Below are positions 37,069 to 64,000 of a stretch of 64,000 nucleotides of DNA, one piece after another. The position numbers and the translations under genes were made by a program. The notes beneath the pieces are model-generated. The model had not been told where the DNA came from and searched no databases. It saw only the letters and a program-made list of their open reading frames with translations. The DNA is from Octopus sinensis. Its lineage: Eukaryota. Numbering within the stretch: the first letter of the stretch is position 1; the number at the start of each line of letters is the position of its first letter. Location of the stretch: the NCBI RefSeq assembly GCF_006345805.1, contig NC_043007.1, positions 18,910,001-18,974,000 of the forward strand, in the 5' to 3' direction.

Positions 37069-37604
37069 ATATCAGGTATTGTTTGTACAATAATATTGAT
37101 GTTTATTTGGGTTGGCTCAATGTGGTGCCTGGTAAAAGCTGTAAGTACCGCTTACGCCCTCGTCTTGCTAATTTTATTATCTGCTAAGAGCTGTGATAAT
37201 GTTGCAGAGGTGAAGTAGTTAATTCCTGTATATATATATATTTTGTCTTTCACTGTGTATGTGTGCGGAATGTTTGTTTATGCCGTTGGGTGATATGCTT
37301 GGCTGTGCTACCTTCTCGTCTATTTATCTGGAGCCAGGTTTCTCAGTGGTTGATGCAGGGGCTGGTATTGTGCAACAGCTGTGTCTGTGATGTAATCTGA
37401 GAATGATAATATAAATATATTTGGTGAGCGTGTGGGGGTCGTAGTGTAAAATTGTAAGCTGAAAATAATGTATAAGACGACGAGATCCTTGAGGTATTGA
37501 CTTCAAGGAGAGCTACACATTCAAGACATGTGTCTGTTACACGCTACATAAGTTTGGCAACCAGAGAGATTGCTTACAAGTTTAGGTTGTGTATTATTTA
37601 GGAA

Positions 37605-37995
37605 ATGAGTAAGGTGCCAATATGGCAGATTCGTCAGAACGTTGGATAGAAATCCTTGTGGTATTTATTACGATTCTTAGCGTTTTGAGTTCAAGCCATC
37701 AAGTATCGAAACCGTAAAGAGATCCGTTCAGGCAGCTGCGGATGGGCTATCCCATGTTTATGTAGTGTGTATTCGGTCTTTTCTTGTCTCTGGTCGATAA
37801 ATGAGTAAGGTGCCAATGTGGAAGATTCGTCAGAACATTGGATAGAAATCCTTGTGGTATTTATTACGATACTCAGCGTTTGAGTTCAAGCCATCAAGTA
37901 TCGAAGCCGTAAAGACATCCGATCAGGCAGCTGCGGATGGTCTATCCCATGTTTATGTAGTGTGTATTCGGTCTTTTCTTGTCTCTGGTGGATGA
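37605..37995. repeat. Two tandem copies of a 196-bp unit containing a degenerate SINE B head
   Basis: ATGAGTAAGGTGCC at 37605 and 37801. Confidence 0.9.
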
Positions 37996-39581
37996 TAGTT
38001 TGGTGTTAATGTATTTTATTCTAGGACTCTGTGGTTGAAGACATATGTAACACACACACACACATACACACTGTATTTATGTATCCGGGATATAATTACA
38101 TCTGTTAATGATTTGCATTAAAACTGATTTCCAGTTCATTATAAAAGCTGTGGGTGACCACATAAAGGACTGTTAATAGCGTACGACCTTGGTACGATAT
38201 CAGAAAACCATTAATAATATATATTACTGTTGAAATCGGTAGAGCTGTAAACAAAATTACTGAAACATTTAGCGGCGGTCTTTTTTTATGTTCTGAATTC
38301 AGGGCATAAAAATCGGACTGCCGATGTCAACTTTGTTTTTCTTCATCTATTTCGATAAAATAAAGTACCATTGAAGTACTTAGATCAATTCAATATTCCT
38401 ATAGCGCATTCTCGATGTGAAGGAAATTATTACAGACATCGACCTCATGTGAAGATGTAACTCTTTAGCAACGTTTTCTGTGATCAGAAGTGTCGAGCAC
38501 TTATGACCATACAGACTTTATTCAAGCATGGTATATTTATGATTAAAATATCCTATATGTCCTTCCGTTTTTAAGACGGGTAGACAGCGCTGTGAAGGAG
38601 ATTAGTTGTTATCTCTTGTCTGGAAATGCGGCACGTAATTAACTTAATTTTGATGCCAATACAGATAAATTACAACAAGCAGAATTCAAGACAAGATATT
38701 ATATAAACGCTTATTGAATAAGACGAAAAAGTTTCAATTAGTTAGACATTGGCTTGTGTTCCGAGTCTTAAATAATAAGTAGTTAATCCTCTTATCTTTG
38801 CGAGACAAGTTAATGTTTGTTATATTTATTGATTTGTTCTTCCAATAATTTAGAGATAAACGTCTTCAGATATAACCATCGGTTCTGTTTCACAAAATCC
38901 GGTGAGAAATACAATAATGGGTGCACTAGTTTTGGTAAACTTGCTGGTACAGATACGAATGACATTTTCAAGAAACGAGAGATAAAGTAATTTATTTATT
39001 TATTTATCTACGTTTATGATTATCTTTCTTTTACTTGTTTCAGCCATTGGATCAGCCCAGCATTTGCACTTCTGAAATGTCTATGTCTACCCAGTTTCCC
39101 TTAAGAGGATTAGTCTGATCCAAGACAATGATTAAAAAAAAAATATTATTTTACTGGTTCACTTAGCAACACAGGAGTATCGAACACGGGACCCCATGAT
39201 TATGACGCCTACTTTTTAACCACTAAGTTGCATCTTCATTCAGGAGATTAGATTACAATACAGGCACAACCATAAGAAAATAGTACATGCATACATACAT
39301 ATGCGTACGTGTGTGTGTATAAATACACACATACACGTACATGTGCGCACGCACGCCGGTCCGTAGGTGTATTACTGATTTTAGCAGCTGAGTGGACTGG
39401 GGCAGTGTGAAATGAAGTGTTTTGCTCAAGAACAAAATGCATCACCCGGTCCAGGAATCGAAATCACAATCTTACGTTCACGAGTCCAACACTCTGACCA
39501 CTAATCCCCCGCACCACCACACGAGCACACATGTACGTACACCAAACACACACGCACACATATACGTATATATATGTGTAC

Positions 39582-39635
<54 letters not shown>

Positions 39636-39748
39636 ATATATATACACATATATATATACACATACATACACACACACGTATATACGTACAGACATGCATA
39701 TCACACATAAACAGACAGACAGACAGACAGACAGATAGATAGATAGAC

Positions 39749-39800
<52 letters not shown>

Positions 39801-39912
39801 TGATTGATTGACAGACGGATGAACAGACCGACAGATAGGCAGTCAGACAGACGAATGGATATACGGATGGACAGATTGACAGACAGACAGATAGATAGAT
39901 GAAAAGACAGAC

Positions 39913-39979
<67 letters not shown>

Positions 39980-39983
39980 CAGA

Positions 39984-40017
<34 letters not shown>

Positions 40018-40320
40018 TTGCTACAAACACATGCAACACCACAGTAGCAGACTCGTTCCCCTCCCCCCACTCAACATGCCTGTAATACATTCCAGTAATA
40101 CAGCTGTCCTCCTCACACTCCAACATTCCTGTTCTGATCATCAACATGAGAAAACGTTCTCTCTTTGCTCTAATCACACCAATTAAATAATTAATTTTCT
40201 TAATTTGTCACTTCCTTTGAAGTCCACCATCACAAGCTCTCTGCCGCCCCACCCCCACCCCACTAACTGTCTGGCAATATTCTTGGTGTTAAGCAGAATG
40301 CCATGGGAGTATTTAATTTA

Positions 40321-40745
40321 TGGTTGTTTACATTCCGAGTTCAAATTCCTCCAGGGTCACTTTGCCATTCATTTTTCTCAGCAGCATATTGAAAGTGGGG
40401 TGGCAATGGGAACGGTTCACCCCGAGCTATGCTTTTACAGAAGTGACTCTTTTAGATATGGTATATTAACTTGCAAAGACTGTATTGGCCCAGTGGTGAG
40501 GCTGGTAAATTCAAAGGTTGCCATGGGCAACATCATGGTTGTTTACATTCCGAGTTCAAATTCCTCCTGGGTCACTTTGCCATTCATCTTTCTCAGTAGC
40601 ATATTGAAAGTGGGGTGGCAATGGGAACAGTTCACCCCGAGCTATGCATTTACAGAATTGTCTCTTTTAGATATGTTATATTAACTTGTAAAGACTGTAT
40701 TGGCCCAGTGGTGAGGCTGGTAAATTCAAAGGCTGCCATAGGCAG
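40321..40745. repeat. Two tandem copies of a 215-bp unit
   Basis: TGGTTGTTTACATTCCGAG at 40321 and 40536. Confidence 0.9.
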
Positions 40746-41339
40746 CACCCACTCTAATTACATCACCGATCTTTCTGGGGGTCATTAAAATAAAAAATAC
40801 CAGTTATGTAGTTGGGTAATTACAATCAAGCATACCATTTTACATAATCTGTGACTTTGGGCCTTTATTAGAATTCAATATATATCAATTTATTGGCACA
40901 GACCTAGCTGTGTGGTATGAATTCTGCTTCCCAACCACATGGTTCTAGGTTCAGTCCCACTGCATGACACCTTGAGCATATGCTTTCTACTATGGCCTTG
41001 GGCTGACCAAAAACCTTGAGAGAGGGTGTGATAGATGGAAACTGAAAGAAGCCCATCCTATATCTATCTATGTGTGTGTGTCTGTGTGCCTGTGTTTGTT
41101 CCTCCACCACTGCTTGACAACTGGTGCTGGTGTATTTATGGTCCCATGACTTAGCAGTTCAGCTAAAAGGATCGATAGAATAAGTAGCACTCTTTAAAAA
41201 AATAAGTCCTGGGGTCAATTCATTCAACTAAAAAGAAAATTCTTCAAGGCAGTGCCCCAGCATTCCTCTTGCTACTGTTAATAGAATTATGTTGCAATTC
41301 AATAGCCAAGGAAAAGAATCAACAGATTCTCATCCTGGC

Positions 41340-41530
41340 TGACCTGGGCCCTCGGAAAGAAAGCCTTCCTGTTTGAAGAGAATTGTGGAAAACGAACCCT
41401 GTTTGAAGGCTTCTGACATTGCAAAACAACAAGTTAGTCCAAGAACGTGTGTTACATATCTGCATAAGCTTGGGTATTATGGATGAGCAGCTAGAAGAAA
41501 ATCTCTCCTTCAACCAATTAATATCAAATA
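41340..41530 (+). pseudogene. Degenerate Tc1-type transposase HTH fragment
   Basis: LKRIVENEPCLKASDIAKQQVSPRTCVTYLHKLGYYG*AARRKSLL, with in-frame stops. Confidence 0.7.
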
Positions 41531-41743
41531 AAAGATGTTGAAGATTAAAGGTGTCTATTTACTTCAGATCGGTAACCACTACACACATTTTTTTCTCCCC
41601 TTGTTTCTTTCTGTGTTCCTTTCTGTAGAAGAGCATAGGCTCAAAATGTAAAAGACTTTTTCAGTTCCTGAGCATTATACTAATACATCTGTTTGTTTTG
41701 TACACCACCTGTTTTCGTCTTTTGTTTTTTCGTGAACTCTCCC

Positions 41744-41818
<75 letters not shown>

Positions 41819-42199
41819 GCTTCTTTTAATTTGTGAAGCAAATTTCTTACCCCCCCCCACCAGCTGTGCCCATTCCATATTTTTTAAAGAAAAATAAAGA
41901 AACAGACAATTTCATTTTATTTTTTAAAATTTATTTCTAAATTTTAATTAATTTATTAATTAATTTAATTATTCATTTATTTTGTAAATCTTGATTTTAT
42001 TTTCGTTGTTTTCTGTTCTAAAAAAGAAGAAACAAAAACAAAATTCTGCTGAAAGACGACGAATCTAGAACCCTCCATGTGCTACAGGGACATGGAGAAG
42101 AGGTTTATACTTTGCATAGCATTGGAAAGAAACTGAAGAGGATGGGGGGATGGTGGGAGGTGGGGAGGTGGAGGTAAATAATATAATATAATATATATA

Positions 42200-42705
42200 T
42201 ATGTGTGTGTGGGTGTGAAACAATGAAAGAAGAATCTTGAAGAATAAGAGAAAGCAGCAAAACAAGAAGGAAAGGAAGAAGGAAAGAAATGAAAGGAAAT
42301 GAAAGAAAGGAAGGAAGAGAGAAACAGGGAAAAAGAAAGAAAGAAAAGAAGAAAGAGATGAAGAAATGAGGAGAAAAGAAGATAGGAAGAAAGAAGTGAG
42401 GAAAGACATAAGAACGGGAATGATAAAAATTAAAGCAAGAACTGAAGGAAAGAAGAAATGAAGGAAGAAAAGAAGAAAGAAATGAGGGGAAGGAGGAAGG
42501 AAGGAAGAAAGAAAAAGATGAGGGGAGGAAGACAGAAAGAAAGAAAGAAAGTAAGAAAGAAAAAAGGAGGGGAGGAAAGAAGACAGAAAGAAGAAAAAGA
42601 AATTTGGGGAAGAAAGAAAGAAAGAAAGAAAGATAAAAAGAAAGAAAGTAAGAAAGAAAGAAATGAGGGGAGGAAGGAAGACAGAAAGAAGAAAAAGAAA
42701 TTTGG

Positions 42706-42739
<34 letters not shown>

Positions 42740-42740
42740 A

Positions 42741-42771
<31 letters not shown>

Positions 42772-43315
42772 GAGGGGAAGAAGGAAGACAGAAAGAAGAA
42801 AAAGAAATTTGGGGAAGAAAGAAAGATAGAAAGAAAAAAGTAAAGAAAGATAAAGAAAGAAGAGAAGAGAAGGGAAGAAAGAGATGAGTGGAGGAAGGAA
42901 AGATAAGGAAGAAAAGAAAAGACCTTTTGTTTGGCACAATTTTTTGTTCTTTTTCGTTGATTCCATCATTAACGATGTTCTTATTGTTGTTGAAGTTAAT
43001 TTTAATGAATGTCTTTTTGTTGTTGTTGTTGTTGTTAATATTTTTGTTGTTGTTGTTGTTGTGGCATTATAATAATATTGCTGTTGGCAAAGGCTGAGCA
43101 ATGCTGTTGTTGCTGTTGTTGTTGTTGGTATTATTGTTAGGGCAGTTGGCATTGTTTAGGTTGTTGTTGTTGTTGTTGTTATTGTTGTTGACTGTGTTCT
43201 GTTTTATCTCTCTTTCTCTCTCTCTCTCTTTCTCCTTCTCCCTCTGTCTGTCTGTCTGTCTGTCTTATTACTTTGTTTTGAAACATGAAAGAATTTCAAT
43301 TAAAACTGACCCTCA

Positions 43316-43362
<47 letters not shown>

Positions 43363-43503
43363 TACACACACACACATGTTGTCATTGTCTTACATACACA
43401 CAAACAAATTTACAAGGGCTTAAAAACACACACACACACACATACATAATCACAAACAAATCTACTAAAAATTATATACACACAATCACACAAATATACA
43501 TGA

Positions 43504-43551
<48 letters not shown>

Positions 43552-44024
43552 GCATGCTCTTATTAAAAAAGCAGTAAATGACACACCACATACACACAAA
43601 CATATTCGCATACATGCATTTACACATATATATGTACACATACACACACTCATATTTATACACATACACACACATTTATAGACATACAACAAAACAATGT
43701 GTGCAGACGAATACACATACGTATGAAGTTGGCCCACCTGAAACAGATCAACATACACAAACACACACAACATACATACATTCATACACACATACACATA
43801 CATACATATATACATAAATACACACACATACATACACATACACATTCATACATACACATACAAATAAACGTACATACGTTTATACACACACATACACATA
43901 CATATATACATACATACTCACACATACATAGATACACATACACATTCATACACACACATGCACATACATACATACACACATACATACATACACACATACA
44001 TACATACATACATACATGCATGCA

Positions 44025-44055
<31 letters not shown>

Positions 44056-44680
44056 GGTTAGATAAATAGATAGACACACTTATACATAGACAATCTCTGC
44101 TCCTCTCTGCTCCAACCACACCTCTCCACCCATACCCACCACCAATCAAAACAGAATTTGGCAAAGGTTATTGTATCGGTGAAAACGGTTTTATGTTGCC
44201 ATGTAGCAAAACAAATGTAGGAAAGCGGATGTAGGTATATGTGTCAGTGTAGGTGTGTGTATGTGTTAGTGTATGAGAGAGAGGGGAAGTTTGAGTATAT
44301 GCATGTGTGTCTGTAAGTTTATGTGTATGTATGTATGTGTGCTTGTGTGCACATGCGTGTGTGTGTGTGTGTATCAGGGTATGAAAGAGAGAAAAGGAGA
44401 GTTTAAGCGAGTATATGTTTGTGTGTGTGTATGTCTGTGTGTGTGAGTGCATACGAGTGTGTGTATGAATGCGTATGTGTGCATGTTTGTGTGTGTGTGT
44501 ATGTCTGTGTGTGTGAGTGCATATGTGTGTGTATGAATGTGTATGTGTGCATGTTTGTGTATGTGTGTGTATGTTTGTGTGCGTGAGTTCATATGTGTGT
44601 GTATATGAATATGTGCGTATGTGTGCATGTCTTTGTATGTGTGTGTGTGTGTGTGTATCTGTGTGTGTGAGTGAAAACTG
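42200..44680. repeat. (GAAA)n purine tract, (TTG)n, (CA)n, (TA)n and (CATA)n mosaic downstream of the EML stop (candidate 3' UTR)
   Basis: Direct inspection; UTR extent unknown. Confidence 0.9.
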
Positions 44681-44743
44681 TAGCTAATTGAAGAATTTAA
44701 GAATTCAGGGCTCAGAAGACTCAATGGGTGTTGCCGGCTCAGT

Positions 44744-62759
<18,016 letters not shown>

Positions 62760-63567
62760 CTACAACAAAAAAGAATAACAAAATAAATGTAATAAAAAAT
62801 AATAATAATAATACTAGTAATCATCATCATCATCGTCGTCATTTAACGTCTGCTTTCTATGCTGGCATGGGTCGGACAGTTTGACTGGGGTCTGAGCAGA
62901 CAGAAGACTGCACCAAGCCCCATTCTGATCTGGCAGTGTTTATACAGCTGGATGCCCTTCCTAATGCCAACCACTCCGAGAGTGTAGTGGGTGCTTTTTA
63001 TGTGCCACTGCCACAGGGGCCAGAGTAGGTGGCATCGACCAAAATCAGATGGTACTTTTTATGTGCCACCAGCACGGGGGTCACAACTACAATTTATATA
63101 ATAATTCCTTCTACTTTTGGGAACCAGGCTTGAAATTGTTGGGGAGGGGTTAGTTGATTACACTGACCCCAGTATGATGATGATGATGATGATGAATGAT
63201 TGACATTAGATGTTATGGATTTATTTCTTTATTGCCCACCGGGGGCTTAAACATAGAGGGGACAAACAAGGACAAAGGGATTAAGTTGATTACATCGACC
63301 CCAGTGTGTAACTAGTACTTATTTAATCGACCCCGAAAGGATGAAAGGCAAATTCAACCTCAGCAGAATTTGAACTCAGAACATAACAGCAGACGAAACA
63401 CCGCTAATCATTTCGCCTGGCGTGCTAACGTTTCTGCCATTTCTGAGAAATGGTTTGGCATTAGGAAGGATGTCTGGTAATAGACACCATGTGAAGGTGA
63501 GCATTGGATATTGATGCCATTCTCTCTGACACACACACATATGTATATACACGCATGTATATACATA

Positions 63568-63972
63568 GGCGCAAGAGTGGCTGTGTGGTAAGTAGCTTGT
63601 TTACCAACCATATCGTTCTGGGTTCAGTCCCACTGCTTGGCACCTTGGGCAAGTGTCTTCTACTATAGCCTCGGGCCGACCAAAGACTTGTGAATGAATT
63701 TGGTAGACGGAAACTGAAAGAAGCCCGTAGTATATATGTATATGTATATATGCGTGTGTGTATTTGTGTGTGGCCCCCTAGCATTGCTTGACAACCGATG
63801 CTGGTGTGTTTATGTCCCCGTTACTTAGCAGTTCGGCAAAAGAGACCAATAGAATAAGTACTGGGCTTACAAAAGAATAAGTCCCGGGGTCGAGTTGCTC
63901 GATTAAAGGCGGTGCTCCAGCATGGCTGCAGTCAAATGACTGAAACAAGTAAAAGAGTAAAAGAGTAAAGAG
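63568..63972 (+). mobile_element. SINE family A, full length
   Basis: Same diagnostic segments. Confidence 0.87.
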
Positions 63973-64000
63973 AGCATATGGGGTCGACGTAATCAACTTA

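Noticed and set aside
42065-42150. Alternative EML terminal exon candidates near 42.1 kb and 43.7 kb
   Set aside because: Their translations lack the conserved VF(V/I)W ending, which is present at 44744-44768.

Overview
AT-rich, microsatellite- and retroelement-dense eukaryotic DNA. The repeat landscape looks like an octopod cephalopod (inferred from recalled repeat families, not verified). The right third holds the last 10 coding exons of an EML5/EML6-like WD40/TAPE microtubule-associated protein gene on the minus strand (62759 to stop at 44744), including one GC-AG intron. The middle holds eight minus-strand tRNA-Glu(CTC) genes (14883-31497), four of them in a ~1.25-kb tandem array, plus a degenerate 5S rRNA copy. 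The rest is tRNA-derived SINEs, RTE and CR1-like LINE fragments, Helitron/Helentron, hAT, Tc1/mariner and MITE relics, and simple repeats. Nearly all ORF-track ORFs are repeat artefacts. The most notable unexplained signal is at least four sequence-unrelated families of type I hammerhead-ribozyme (HHR) motifs with palindromic stem III. They occur as a tRNA-headed SINE carrying an HHR, a ~170-nt (TA)n-associated retrozyme-like unit, and two inverted-repeat Penelope-like structures. There is also a 497-bp inverted duplication whose breakpoint lies in an HHR-element tail. All structures were read by eye; no searches or folding programs were run.
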